Part shown: positions 1-10,146 of the stretch, piece by piece
Layout of the letters: every line of letters begins with the position of its first letter
How positions within the stretch are numbered: position 1 is the stretch's first letter
DNA from: an uncultured Gammaproteobacteria bacterium
GTDB taxonomy: Bacteria; Patescibacteriota; Patescibacteriia; Magasanikbacterales; GCA-002688135
Assembly (NCBI GenBank): GCA_964622665.1
Contig: CAZUUO010000001.1
Location: forward strand, 6,666-70,665
Direction of reading: 5' to 3'
DNA length: 64,000 nt
Notes under the pieces: model-generated
Database searches by the model: none
The model's input: only the letters and a program-made list of their open reading frames with translations
Told to the model about the DNA's origin: nothing
Program-made: the position numbers and the translations under genes

Positions 1-468
1 TTGGGAGTTAACAAAGACATGTTTGCCCTTCTTCCCCAATTTGGTTTTACCTACGATACTTCAATCACCTCCAGCCGCATGGATGCACCACCTACCAAAA
101 ATGCTCAAGGGTTATGGCAATTTTATTTACCCATGATATCGCGAGGTAATGGTAAACGGGTACTTGCAATGGATTATAATTTTTTTGTAGCACAGACTGA
201 TGCAAAAGATTTAGTTTCTCGTACTGACCCTCGATGGCAAGAACTGCATGATGATATGCTCAATGCCTATCGTGCTTATTTTAATCACAATTATCAAGGT
301 AATCGTGCACCCGTATATATTGGTCACCATTTTTCATTGTGGAATAGTGATGTGTATTATGAAGTGTTTAAAGATTTTGCACGCGAGGTTTGTGTACAAC
401 CTGATGTTGCCTGCGTGACCTATAGTGAACTAGTTGATTACTTAAATTCTCAAGAGAAAGCGCAATAA
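1..468 (+). CDS. 5'-truncated ORF (window edge); C-terminal fragment of a possible polysaccharide-deacetylase-like protein
   Basis: The ORF runs in from the window edge. The TTG at position 1 is an artefact of the ORF track, not a real start. The deacetylase resemblance is only a vague by-eye match. A hairpin plus T-run terminator follows at about 470-495. Confidence 0.3.
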   Translation: MGVNKDMFALLPQFGFTYDTSITSSRMDAPPTKNAQGLWQFYLPMISRGNGKRVLAMDYNFFVAQTDAKDLVSRTDPRWQELHDDMLNAYRAYFNHNYQGNRAPVYIGHHFSLWNSDVYYEVFKDFAREVCVQPDVACVTYSELVDYLNSQEKAQ

Positions 469-487
469 AAAAAGATCCCGTGGGATC

Positions 488-898
488 TTACTGCGTTTTT
501 TCTTTCATCATCGTAATGCGTTCATCAACAATTTTTTTTATTTCTCGCCATGTTTTTTTATCTTTCTCACGCATCGCCAGCAATGCTTGTATGAGCGCTT
601 CTTTCATATTATATACATGTGCCGCTCGCTCTACATCAGTGAGTTGTTCAGACAATTCGACACCCTGCCCTTTGTAATATTTGCGACACTGATCCTTAAA
701 TTCTGGTGACAGTTCACAAAACAACAGGTCGGTAGGACTTCGATATGCTGGCCCATTTACTCGCTGTTTAATAAACTGCGTCGAACGATAATAATGAACA
801 TCTTGCAACATACTATCAATTTCTGGAAAAACCCTTTCAGTCATACTCTTATAGAGTCTGTCGCTTGGCATACCAACCTCCTGCTTGGATGTATGCAC
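488..898 (-). CDS. hypothetical protein (136 aa)
   Basis: Intact ORF with no motif I recognise. Its 3' end shares the bidirectional terminator at about 470-495. Confidence 0.35.
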   Translation of the reverse strand: MHTSKQEVGMPSDRLYKSMTERVFPEIDSMLQDVHYYRSTQFIKQRVNGPAYRSPTDLLFCELSPEFKDQCRKYYKGQGVELSEQLTDVERAAHVYNMKEALIQALLAMREKDKKTWREIKKIVDERITMMKEKTQ

Positions 899-964
899 CT
901 CGAAAATATATTAAAAATCAAGTTTTGTAAATATTTTAGCATTCTACAAAAGAAAAAACTCCGA

Positions 965-1327
965 TTACGGAGTTTTTTTCATTGCCAGATAGAGCGTCGC
1001 CATTGATAGTCCCAAGTCCCGCACCATCAGTGGTCCAAAATTCATGAGGAGTGAAATGTGGAGCAAATGGAGACCTAATAACGTCGCGACGATGCGTCTA
1101 TAATAATTGAGCGCCAACATCGTCCCGGTAATTATTTCAAATATACCGTTGAGATATATTATCGTGACATCTGAAACGGGCGACAACTTCACTACAAAAT
1201 CAGGAAGCCAAGAAACCCAATTTTCAGGAGCACTTACTTGTGATATCCCAAAATAGAGAAACACCGCTGCGATTGCAACTCGTAGCACCGTTGGTGCATA
1301 CGAATCGAGTTTTTCTAAAAAACTCAT
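965..1327 (-). CDS. DoxX-family small membrane protein
   Basis: 120 aa with 3-4 predicted TM helices. The N-terminal pattern 'VLRVAIAAVFLYFGISQ' is typical of DoxX. It abuts the cytochrome b5 gene with a 1-nt gap. Confidence 0.5.
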   Translation of the reverse strand: MSFLEKLDSYAPTVLRVAIAAVFLYFGISQVSAPENWVSWLPDFVVKLSPVSDVTIIYLNGIFEIITGTMLALNYYRRIVATLLGLHLLHISLLMNFGPLMVRDLGLSMATLYLAMKKTP

Positions 1328-1328
1328 A

Positions 1329-1826
1329 TTATTTTGCTAAGGTACCGATCTTAAATGATGCGAGTTCACTTGCTGGACGAGCTTGAGTATTGTGTTGGCG
1401 ATCATAAGCAGCTGATGCATCTTTACCACACATCGACATAATAGCTTTCTCACCACCGGGGTGCTTTGAAATCCACGCTGTTACATCATACACACTCCCG
1501 TTGACGACGGTGTAGCAACTACTTCCTGAATTATGTTGTTGCACTTCTGCCATGGTGAATGTTTTTACTGTCTTTGTTGTTTCAACGGTAATGTTTGGTT
1601 TCACAACACTTCCCGGGTTCACTTCAACGGTGACGCCAGATTTTGCATCATCATTGTTACCGTCAGCATCTTGTACCACATTCTTTTTTGTATTCGTGAC
1701 TTGTTGTGATGTTTTGTATGCATCATCATTGTCTCCATCAGGAGTATTTTTGCTTGAGATTACTGCGTAGCTAATACCAATTACCAAAATCAAACCAATT
1801 ATTACTGCAATCATTCTATTATTCAT
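1329..1826 (-). CDS. cytochrome b5-like heme-binding domain protein with N-terminal TM anchor
   Basis: N-terminal TM helix, a low-complexity linker, then a C-terminal domain carrying the 'HPGG' heme-binding motif ('ISKHPGGEKAI'). Confidence 0.6.
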   Translation of the reverse strand: MNNRMIAVIIGLILVIGISYAVISSKNTPDGDNDDAYKTSQQVTNTKKNVVQDADGNNDDAKSGVTVEVNPGSVVKPNITVETTKTVKTFTMAEVQQHNSGSSCYTVVNGSVYDVTAWISKHPGGEKAIMSMCGKDASAAYDRQHNTQARPASELASFKIGTLAK

Positions 1827-1893
1827 ATGTTTAAGTTAACTATGTATATATTACTATAATCCCTCCACTGATAAATTACTTGTTGATAACTAT

Positions 1894-2571
1894 TTATTGC
1901 AGCCGTTTAATTTGAACTGCGACAAATTCTTCATTTGGTTGCTCGTTACCTACCACCAATATTTCATCATCAATTTTTAAATCATACGGCATGCGCGTTA
2001 CCGGAGTTACTATAATCCGTTCGCGTTCTTCATCATGTATTACATAAATATTTCCCTCTTCAAAACTTTCTATAATTCCCGATCGTACCCCATACATTTT
2101 TTTCATATGATATGCACGATAAAGAGGACCACCGAGCGGTAATCGATGTTCGCGAGCCTCTTGCAACATTCCCTCATGAAAGGGAGTTTTCACGAGTAAA
2201 AAACTGCCGATGGCGCATAATAAAATAATTCCAGTTGCGGTATACATGAGTGGACGTTTATATGAAAAGGAGTATCGACGCACGTGTACTTCAAGCAACA
2301 CCATGAACACTACCGCAATCACAATGAGCATCCATGGCGCATTACGCGCAACTAATAACCAACCCAATACCGAGTCCAGCGGAATGCGAGCTATACCATT
2401 GTGCATCATGGTAAAAACAGCAAAACTCGTAACAAATAGGGTCGCAACAATAAGTCCCACAACACCCGTTATCGCTAGTGCCGCATGCAACACAAAGTAC
2501 CACTTTGGTTTCATGGCTATTTTTTTCTCCTCAATTATTTTTAAAATTTTATTAGTAATTTCTTCGCTCAT
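1894..2571 (-). CDS. putative membrane anti-sigma factor (downstream partner of the ECF sigma factor)
   Basis: 225 aa with several TM helices. It overlaps the upstream ECF sigma gene by 4 nt (translational coupling). The anti-sigma call is inferred from position only. Confidence 0.4.
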   Translation of the reverse strand: MSEEITNKILKIIEEKKIAMKPKWYFVLHAALAITGVVGLIVATLFVTSFAVFTMMHNGIARIPLDSVLGWLLVARNAPWMLIVIAVVFMVLLEVHVRRYSFSYKRPLMYTATGIILLCAIGSFLLVKTPFHEGMLQEAREHRLPLGGPLYRAYHMKKMYGVRSGIIESFEEGNIYVIHDEERERIIVTPVTRMPYDLKIDDEILVVGNEQPNEEFVAVQIKRLQ

Positions 2572-3146
2572 ATGTTTTTTCGCGCCATTTCTTTGGCTCT
2601 CTTTATTCTCACTCCAACGGTTGCTATCGGGATGTGGAGCACTTCTGAAATTTCTTTATAATCTAAATCTTGCAAATAATAGAGAATGAGCACTTCACGA
2701 TACTTCGGTGACAATTTTTCAAGCATACTTTCAACTTCTTGCTTGGTTTCTTTTGTTTGTACATATTTATCAGTGGTGTACGGTGAATGTAAATAGGGCG
2801 CGATAACATCAAGATCAAACACGTCAAACGACGAAATTTTTTCTTTCCCTCTTTTTTGAACTTCATTAATACACTCGTTATGAGCAATACGATACATCCA
2901 CGGTGAAAATTTTCGTTGTACATCAAATGACCGTATATTCACATATGCTTTAATAAAAATGTTCTGCACCACATCTTGCGCCTCATCGGTGGTGCGGAGA
3001 AATTTTTGTACATATCTCGTGATTTTTGGTGTATATCGTTCAACCAGCGTGCCAAATTTCTGGAATTCACCGTCAATTACTTGTTGTACTAGTTCTTCAT
3101 CACTCATTACTTCCATACTGAGTATGTATACCACACTACAGGTCAC
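2568..3146 (-). CDS. RNA polymerase ECF-type sigma-70 family factor
   Basis: Sigma-70 region 2 ('WMYRIAHNECINEVQKR') and a region-4 helix-turn-helix ('YKEISEVLHIPIATVGVRIKRAKE'). Confidence 0.75.
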   Translation of the reverse strand: MTCSVVYILSMEVMSDEELVQQVIDGEFQKFGTLVERYTPKITRYVQKFLRTTDEAQDVVQNIFIKAYVNIRSFDVQRKFSPWMYRIAHNECINEVQKRGKEKISSFDVFDLDVIAPYLHSPYTTDKYVQTKETKQEVESMLEKLSPKYREVLILYYLQDLDYKEISEVLHIPIATVGVRIKRAKEMARKNI

Positions 3147-3204
3147 TTTATTTCACACTTTTTATTTTTCTTCTAAATTTAGAAATAAAAAAATGAGCCG
3201 TGGC

Positions 3205-3570
3205 TCATCGTTGTGAAGTAGTATGTGTCACTTCTACACAGGTTTCAACAAATGTTGCATGTTGTATTTCTCCCTCATCACCAAACCGGAGTCTCAACGT
3301 TACGTATTGTGAAAGCGTTGTTTTGATTTGGTTCCCCAAACAATCTCGCAATTCATTGAAACACCAGATATGGTTATTAGAATCAATGATAATATACAGA
3401 TCTTTTTGTTCCCCAATCACTACTGCAACATGTCTCACTTCAATTTCTTTTGTTCTCCCTTGAATTCCCAAATTCCTTCTTTCATATAATTCTTCTGGTG
3501 TTTCCCTCATCCACGATTGATATCCTTCACGGTATTCCATCACTTCCTCCCTCACTGAAGCTGGCCTCAA
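3205..3570 (-). CDS. hypothetical protein (121 aa)
   Basis: Intact ORF with no recognisable motif. A terminator hairpin (tgagccgtggctca) lies at about 3187-3215. Confidence 0.3.
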   Translation of the reverse strand: MRPASVREEVMEYREGYQSWMRETPEELYERRNLGIQGRTKEIEVRHVAVVIGEQKDLYIIIDSNNHIWCFNELRDCLGNQIKTTLSQYVTLRLRFGDEGEIQHATFVETCVEVTHTTSQR

Positions 3571-3645
3571 TCTACTCTATTTCCCCAATTTGAGCAATAC
3601 AACCACTCTGCATCCAGATGACAAATCACCATTACCCCGTTATAC

Positions 3646-4152
3646 TTGCTATATATGCGTCTCCCTACTCGAAAACCAGGAAAATACAGCAACATTGTCC
3701 CTGATACATTTATTACTGCTGATAAACTGAAGGAACTCCAACAAAAACTTGCCCATCTTAAACAACAACACATGCCCGCCGCCAATGAAGTTTCGCGCTT
3801 AGCAGAACTTGGTGATTTTTCAGAAAATGCAGAATATCAAATGGCAAAAGCTCGTTTGCGTAGTATTTTATTCTCGATGTCAAAATTGGAACACCAAATC
3901 CAAAATGCCCAAGTACTCCCTGTTTCTACTGACCATTCGTTTGTATCACTGGGATCAACCGTTACAGTACTTGTTGACGGCGTTTCCAAAACATTTCAGA
4001 TATTAAGCAGTAATGAAACCGATCCTTCTCACAATATTATCTCCCATCATTCCCCTCTTGGCAGTGCATTACTGGGCCACAAACTTGGCGAGACTGTCAC
4101 TATTCCTGTCAAAGGGGTCAATGTTGGGTATACGATTACAAAGATTGCATAA
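3646..4152 (+). CDS. greA: transcription elongation factor GreA
   Basis: GreA N-terminal coiled-coil ('AELGDFSENAEYQMAKARL') and C-terminal FKBP-like domain. The true start may be the ATG at 3655. Confidence 0.8.
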   Translation: MLYMRLPTRKPGKYSNIVPDTFITADKLKELQQKLAHLKQQHMPAANEVSRLAELGDFSENAEYQMAKARLRSILFSMSKLEHQIQNAQVLPVSTDHSFVSLGSTVTVLVDGVSKTFQILSSNETDPSHNIISHHSPLGSALLGHKLGETVTIPVKGVNVGYTITKIA

Positions 4153-4193
4153 GAGGTGTCGGGTTGTAAAACTCATCAAAATCAGGTATACTC

Positions 4194-5711
4194 ATGCCAA
4201 CTACTAGCAGAATTCCTATGGCTAATAACAGCGTACAAATTCGTTTCGACAATGTCTCATTTGCTTACAACGAAGATCATCCTATTTTAGAGGATGCTTC
4301 TTTTTCAGTTCGTGAGAATGCAAAAATCACAATCATGGGACAAAATGGTGCCGGAAAAAGTACTATCTTTAAGTTAATTTTAGGTGCACAGGAAAATCCA
4401 CCGGAGGATGCATTGAAACCTCAACAAGGCAGTGTCCACATCCACAACAACGCATCAATTGCGATTGCGCGCCAAGTTATGCCGAAAGCATGTGAAAGCA
4501 TGACCATTTTGGAATATTTTGAAACAGCGTTTACTGAAAAAAAGTACAATATTGAAAAGTTAATCGCCGATGTGTTGATGGTTGTAAACTTGGAAGTGCC
4601 GCTTGATCGAAAAGTTGGCGCATTGTCAGGTGGTCAGCAAGCTCGTATTTTGCTCGCACACGCACTCATTCAAAAACCTGACATTTTATTACTTGATGAG
4701 CCGACCAACAATCTCGATACTGATGGTATCAACAACCTCACCATGTTTTTGATCATGTATGAAAAAACGGTGATGGTTATTTCTCATGATGCAGGATTTT
4801 TAAATTCATTTACTGACGGCGTGTTACAACTCGATGTCCGCACCCAAAAAGTTGAACAATACGTTGGAAACTATAATGATGTGGTGGAACAAATCGCTGC
4901 ACAAATTGAACGTGAAGAAAAGAAAAATGCACAGTTGCGCCGCAATATTCTTGATCGTAAAGAGAAGGTAAACTTCTTTGCTAATAAAGGTGGTAAAATG
5001 CGCAAACTCGCATCGAAGTTGAAAGATGAAATTGAAGAAGATGAAGAAAACATGGTGGAAGTGAAACAAGATGATCGCACTATTCGCCACTTCACTATTC
5101 CCGCACAACACACGACAGCAGCTGTTGTCACCTTTACTGAAGTTAGCGTGATTAGTAACGGGGAAAAGTTGCAAGTTCCCGTGGACATGAATATTTGGAA
5201 ACGTGATCGCGTGTTGATTACGGGACCAAATGGTATTGGAAAAAGTACGTTACTGAAAGCGCTCGCTGACAAAACGAGTGCTGGTGCCATGATTGCACCA
5301 GATGTCGTCGTTGGATATTACCGACAAGATTTTTCAGGATTGAAATATGATCAAACGGTTTTTGATTCTCTTCTTGAAGTGTCTCAAAGTACCGATCCTA
5401 AAGATATTTATGGAACAGCAGGACATTTCCTCCTCTCTTCTAAATTATTACAAAACACTGTCGCATCATTATCAGAAGGACAGAAAGGTTTGTTATGTTA
5501 CGCACGGTTTGTGTTGCAACGCCCCGGCCTTTTAATTCTTGATGAGCCGACTAACCACATTAACTTCCGTCATTTGCCTATTATCGCTGAAGCTATCAAT
5601 AACTTTGAAGGTGCCGTGATTCTCGTATCGCATATGGAAGAGTTTGTAAACCAAATTTCTATCACCCAAACCCTTGATTTAGCTCACCTCTTAAAGAAGG
5701 CTAAAAAATAA
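4194..5711 (+). CDS. ABC-F family ATPase (two tandem ABC domains, no TMD)
   Basis: Two Walker A motifs ('GQNGAGKST', 'GPNGIGKST'), two ABC signature motifs ('LSGGQQAR', 'LSEGQKG') and Walker B motifs ('LLLDEPTN', 'LILDEPTN'), joined by a charged linker. Confidence 0.8.
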   Translation: MPTTSRIPMANNSVQIRFDNVSFAYNEDHPILEDASFSVRENAKITIMGQNGAGKSTIFKLILGAQENPPEDALKPQQGSVHIHNNASIAIARQVMPKACESMTILEYFETAFTEKKYNIEKLIADVLMVVNLEVPLDRKVGALSGGQQARILLAHALIQKPDILLLDEPTNNLDTDGINNLTMFLIMYEKTVMVISHDAGFLNSFTDGVLQLDVRTQKVEQYVGNYNDVVEQIAAQIEREEKKNAQLRRNILDRKEKVNFFANKGGKMRKLASKLKDEIEEDEENMVEVKQDDRTIRHFTIPAQHTTAAVVTFTEVSVISNGEKLQVPVDMNIWKRDRVLITGPNGIGKSTLLKALADKTSAGAMIAPDVVVGYYRQDFSGLKYDQTVFDSLLEVSQSTDPKDIYGTAGHFLLSSKLLQNTVASLSEGQKGLLCYARFVLQRPGLLILDEPTNHINFRHLPIIAEAINNFEGAVILVSHMEEFVNQISITQTLDLAHLLKKAKK

Positions 5712-5752
5712 ATAAAAAACCACCGGATCTCGGTGGTTTTTTATTTTGTGAT

Positions 5753-6757
5753 TTATACTACCGTAAATGCACCATCTCGATAAATCACCTCGTCATCAAC
5801 GGTTATAGTTTCAATATCAATAAATACATCCACGTGATAGCGGCCGGTTTTTCTGTTTAATCCTGGTTTTGGATAAATAGCGTGTTTAGCTCCCAACGAT
5901 AAATGTAATCCCAGTTGTCGTTCAAATGCGGTAATATCATTCACCACCATTTCTTTTCCTAATGCTTTATTTAAACCTAATCCAAACTCGCGAACCAACA
6001 CTTCTTCATCCTCAGCAATCATTTTCAAAATATCTTGAAATTCTTGTGGTGCATCAGGTGCGGTTAATACTCCATCAGTTACCAATGCAGTAAATGGTGT
6101 TACAATGCGCATTTTGTGATCCTTACCTGCGTATGCAAAAATTTTCACCGCACCATTCACTTTAGTTAAATCTTTACTTTCGGTAAACACTTCACCAATT
6201 GGAAATGTTCCTCCTACATTTTTCATTCCCGTATAATCTCCAATATTCAACTTGGAACTTTCCATGCCTACGGGGTATATCAACTCTGTTCCCTCACATA
6301 CAACACTTACTTTTTCACAAGCATCAAGACGTTGTTTGAGTGCTGCACCTAAAGGTCGATAAAATTGTGCATCATAATATAACGCGTTCACATAGGTTTC
6401 AAACTGTGACTCATCGATGCGTGCCAAATGAATGTGTTCGATAGTTTTCAATCCTCGTTCAAACAACTCAATACGAAAACGAAATTCATTCAAACGAAAG
6501 TTGGTTGATTGTAATAACACAACCAAATCTCCACGATTGAGGGTATTTATTTTTTCACGGACACTTTCCACCGTCACTGAGCGGAAATCAATAAATTCAG
6601 CTTCGGGAATTGCTTGTTTATATCCTTCCAAAATAAGCGCCGTTAATGGTGCTTCGGTATCATAAATCACAACCGCTTTCTCAGTTGGTTGTAAATTGAT
6701 AGCCGTGTATACGGTATCATGTAAATTTTTTGCTGCTACTTCAATAATAGATTGCAT
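5753..6757 (-). CDS. possible M29-family (aminopeptidase T-like) metallopeptidase
   Basis: 334 aa cytosolic protein. Length and overall pattern are loosely reminiscent of aminopeptidase T/PepS. This is a weak call from by-eye similarity. Confidence 0.35.
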   Translation of the reverse strand: MQSIIEVAAKNLHDTVYTAINLQPTEKAVVIYDTEAPLTALILEGYKQAIPEAEFIDFRSVTVESVREKINTLNRGDLVVLLQSTNFRLNEFRFRIELFERGLKTIEHIHLARIDESQFETYVNALYYDAQFYRPLGAALKQRLDACEKVSVVCEGTELIYPVGMESSKLNIGDYTGMKNVGGTFPIGEVFTESKDLTKVNGAVKIFAYAGKDHKMRIVTPFTALVTDGVLTAPDAPQEFQDILKMIAEDEEVLVREFGLGLNKALGKEMVVNDITAFERQLGLHLSLGAKHAIYPKPGLNRKTGRYHVDVFIDIETITVDDEVIYRDGAFTVV

Positions 6758-6801
6758 AGGAGCTGTATCGTATCACATTTCGTGATTTTGCCTAGTCCTT
6801 C

Positions 6802-7374
6802 CTAATTAAATATAATTTCGTGACCAAATTCTGCCACGCCAATATTCTTAATAATCGCGCAGGGAAATACCGGTGTTCCAGAGAATGTTTTTCGAATTGC
6901 GGCAATTTTTGCTTCCAATTCTGATTTTTTTATTTTATCAATTTTATTTGCCACAACGACAATATTTTTCTGGTTGTCTTGTAGAGCGGTAAACATTTCC
7001 ATGTCATCTTTAGTTGGGCCAACATTTGCATCAATAATCATGACCACTCGTTTAATCGCGCATTCACTTTCAAATAAATACCAATCAATTAACTCTTGAA
7101 TTTCTTCCTTACGATCTTTACCCACCCGCGCAAATCCATAGCCAGGAATATCCATGAGATACCAAGAATTATTAATCAAAAACATGTTTATCTGTTGGGT
7201 ACGACCCGGTGTATTACTGACGCGAGCCAAAGCCCCGTTTTTCGTAAACGCGTTTACCAAGCTTGATTTCCCCACATTTGAACGCCCAATAAAGACAACT
7301 TGTGGTTTGCCGTCATACAATATAGGGTCATCCCCTACAATTCCTTTGATAAATGTTGCCGTCGTAATTTTCAT
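6802..7374 (-). CDS. engB: ribosome biogenesis GTP-binding protein EngB/YsxC
   Basis: G1 motif 'GRSNVGKSS', the 'DIPGYGFA' motif and the 'NKID' G4 motif, at the typical ~190 aa length. Confidence 0.8.
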   Translation of the reverse strand: MKITTATFIKGIVGDDPILYDGKPQVVFIGRSNVGKSSLVNAFTKNGALARVSNTPGRTQQINMFLINNSWYLMDIPGYGFARVGKDRKEEIQELIDWYLFESECAIKRVVMIIDANVGPTKDDMEMFTALQDNQKNIVVVANKIDKIKKSELEAKIAAIRKTFSGTPVFPCAIIKNIGVAEFGHEIIFN

Positions 7375-7416
7375 AGATTTACCCTATCATAGTTTTTCGT
7401 ATAACTAAAGGATCGG

Positions 7417-8100
7417 CTATTTTTTTCGCAATACCCACATTTTTGTGTATGAAAAAAATCTATTTCTTGGCAACCAGGAATATAGCCATTTTGGACGAAT
7501 CCCCGGAATCCATACTCGTCCATATTCCACCGCTATTTCATCAAACAAAGCACGAACCGTTTTTGTATAAACAGAATCTAACATAAATGAGATGTGGTTA
7601 TTTTTTTCGTGATACGATAGCAATCCCCCATTAACCACAAAATTAATTTTATCAAAAATCGAATTACCGCTGGGTATTGCCACCACACACAACCCTCCTT
7701 TTTTAAGAACACGACAACATTCACGAAAAAAATGAAATGGATTTTCAAGATGTTCTACGACATATACCGCGGTCACCACATCAAAACTTCCATCATCAAA
7801 TGGGAACTTCTCTTTATTTACATCACAAATCTTTAAATTCGTTGTAGCAGTGTCTACCCGATAATCATCGATATCAACACCCCACAGATTATCTTTTACA
7901 TAACCTGCTTCTTGTGCAAGATGAAACAGGTTCCCTGTTGAACAACCTACATCAAGGAGAGTTGCTGACTTGCTTGCCTGTTGCTCCAATATTTTTTGAA
8001 TCTCACCACTCTCTATAAAATCCGGAATTTTTCCCATCACTTTTTTTATTCCTGATTTATTATTATTGATTTCTTCCCCGGTAAAATATTGCACTCCCAT
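7417..8100 (-). CDS. class I SAM-dependent methyltransferase
   Basis: Motif I 'LLDVGCSTGN' and an acidic motif II/III region ('FDVVTAVYVVEHL'). It looks like a small-molecule/UbiE-type fold rather than a DNA methyltransferase. Confidence 0.7.
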   Translation of the reverse strand: MGVQYFTGEEINNNKSGIKKVMGKIPDFIESGEIQKILEQQASKSATLLDVGCSTGNLFHLAQEAGYVKDNLWGVDIDDYRVDTATTNLKICDVNKEKFPFDDGSFDVVTAVYVVEHLENPFHFFRECCRVLKKGGLCVVAIPSGNSIFDKINFVVNGGLLSYHEKNNHISFMLDSVYTKTVRALFDEIAVEYGRVWIPGIRPKWLYSWLPRNRFFSYTKMWVLRKK

Positions 8101-8145
8101 ATAATGACTATCATATTCTCAAAAAAAATAATGACAAGGGATACT

Positions 8146-9969
8146 TTACCTATTGAGCACATCACATAATTTACCTTCCCCCACCAGAAATAACTCATCA
8201 CGAGCACGAGTTAATGCCACATAGAGCAAATCTTGGTTGATTTTTTTCTTTTGTATGCGGTGTTCTTCAGATAATGATGCCGACACCTCAAACATATCGC
8301 GAGTAATTCCCACCACACAGACGATATCAAACTCAACACCCTGCGATTCTACCATCGTCATGACATGTACATTCTCCTGTTCTGCAAATATTTTTTTATA
8401 TTCGGTAAGATCGTTTTGTTCTTTTGCAATGATTGCAATCTGTTGTCCAGCGTGATCACTCGCAATCTTTTCTACTATTTTTTGTTGGTCCGCAACAGAA
8501 CCTACCACCTCCATTACCGGATTTCCCGTTTTTACACCGTGTGGAATACTCACCTCATATCCCAATGATTGAATATATTCCAAAATTTCTTTGGTATTGC
8601 GATATACTTTTTGCAATACTACCTGTCGATCCTCAGGAATTATTTCATTAATTTGTTCCCAATCACGCAACGTGCCGATATAAATTTGTTGCGCTTTGTC
8701 CCCCACATACACCATGGAATTGTTTTCTTTGTGTATACAGTTTCGGATGAGTTGTAATTGTGCGGGAAGATAATTTTGAAATTCATCAACGAGAATCAAC
8801 GAATACTCAATAGGAAATTTTTTCATCTTTCGTTCAAACTCTCCATTTTTCTTGGGCACGATATATGATTCGGTGCGATGTAATTTTCCAAATCGCGCTT
8901 TCAATGCAGACAACAACAAGGTGACATCATATCTGTCGAGGATTTTTTGTTTTTTCTGTTCCTTCCATACGCGTAACAACTCAGGCGCAAAATATTCTGT
9001 GTAGATTTTTTCAAGGGTGTTCCATGGATTTACTCCAATCACTACTTCCACGCCCTTTTCCACCACTTCCAATTTTTTCCACGCATAACTATCATGCAAA
9101 GTTCCCGCACCATAACTATTCACCACAGAAACATCATCACCAAATTCCAAAATTTCTTTTGCCCAATCACCAAACGTACTAATCGTCACATCGGTAATTC
9201 CTAACTCTGGCAACACATGAGAAAAATATGCTTTCGTACCAAGATCTTGTACAAGTACCAACACCGAACTTCCTCTAAATTTTTCTGCCGTGTCAGGAGA
9301 TTGCGCGAGATATGCTATGCGGTGGAGCGCCAGCGTTGTCTTTCCTGAACCCGCAGGACCCGTAATAACAAACGGTCCTTTGTACGAAACCCGTACCACT
9401 TGATCTTGTGCTTTTTCCATTTGTGCAACAATTTCAGGTAACACAAATCCTTGTTTTCTTGTGGTAAAATGTTCCTGATGTATAAGTTCTCGGGGTGTAT
9501 CAGTATTTTCGGTTGCAAAAAATACCAAGTTACCTTCCACGATCATGTACTGATCTTTACGCAACAAGGTTCCTCGTTGTATAGTTCCATCATTTTTTTG
9601 GTATGAAAATTTTCCCGGACTTTCAAACCGAATTGAAGCCGCCGGTGCCACCCACCAATATATTGATTTCTCGGTAAACGGAAATTTGGCAAAGTACATT
9701 GTCTCGAGTCCCTTACCTTCCAACTCCACATCACAGCGCACAAAATAAGGTGCAGGCAACAATGCCGCCAATTCATCAAGACGTTTTTGGTTATAGATTG
9801 TGAGCGTCCGTTGAACCATTTGATCTGCAAAAGCCAACTTCCACATTTCATGACTTCCTGATGCTAGTTTTTTCTCTGTAGCAACCAATGCTTCACCCAG
9901 TGCCACCGTCGTGTCAGCAAGATGTGTTTGTACTTCTTCCAACAATTGTTTTTTATGTGAGGCATCCAT
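8146..9969 (-). CDS. UvrD/Rep-family (HelD/helicase IV-like) DNA helicase
   Basis: An N-terminal domain of about 200 aa followed by Walker A 'GPAGSGKTT'. A later 'ILVDEFQN' (helicase motif II) and UvrD-C-like C-terminus ('LLYVALTRARDELFLV'). Confidence 0.65.
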   Translation of the reverse strand: MDASHKKQLLEEVQTHLADTTVALGEALVATEKKLASGSHEMWKLAFADQMVQRTLTIYNQKRLDELAALLPAPYFVRCDVELEGKGLETMYFAKFPFTEKSIYWWVAPAASIRFESPGKFSYQKNDGTIQRGTLLRKDQYMIVEGNLVFFATENTDTPRELIHQEHFTTRKQGFVLPEIVAQMEKAQDQVVRVSYKGPFVITGPAGSGKTTLALHRIAYLAQSPDTAEKFRGSSVLVLVQDLGTKAYFSHVLPELGITDVTISTFGDWAKEILEFGDDVSVVNSYGAGTLHDSYAWKKLEVVEKGVEVVIGVNPWNTLEKIYTEYFAPELLRVWKEQKKQKILDRYDVTLLLSALKARFGKLHRTESYIVPKKNGEFERKMKKFPIEYSLILVDEFQNYLPAQLQLIRNCIHKENNSMVYVGDKAQQIYIGTLRDWEQINEIIPEDRQVVLQKVYRNTKEILEYIQSLGYEVSIPHGVKTGNPVMEVVGSVADQQKIVEKIASDHAGQQIAIIAKEQNDLTEYKKIFAEQENVHVMTMVESQGVEFDIVCVVGITRDMFEVSASLSEEHRIQKKKINQDLLYVALTRARDELFLVGEGKLCDVLNR

Positions 9970-10146
9970 ACCGTATGTCGATTAAAAAACCGCCATTACG
10001 GCGGTATTCTTGCGATTGTAACTAATGGTAGCGTGATTCTTTTTCAGTAGTACCATACCCTGTTTATAATATCATGCTCCCTTATTATTTACAATTATCC
10101 TATTTTGTGCTAGATTTTTGGTGTCTTTAACTCATAGGAGTTGGAC

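Noticed and set aside
2663-2926. 87-aa ORF in an alternative frame within the ECF sigma factor gene
   Set aside because: It is same-strand and out of frame. The sigma-70 regions 2 and 4 are in the longer frame.
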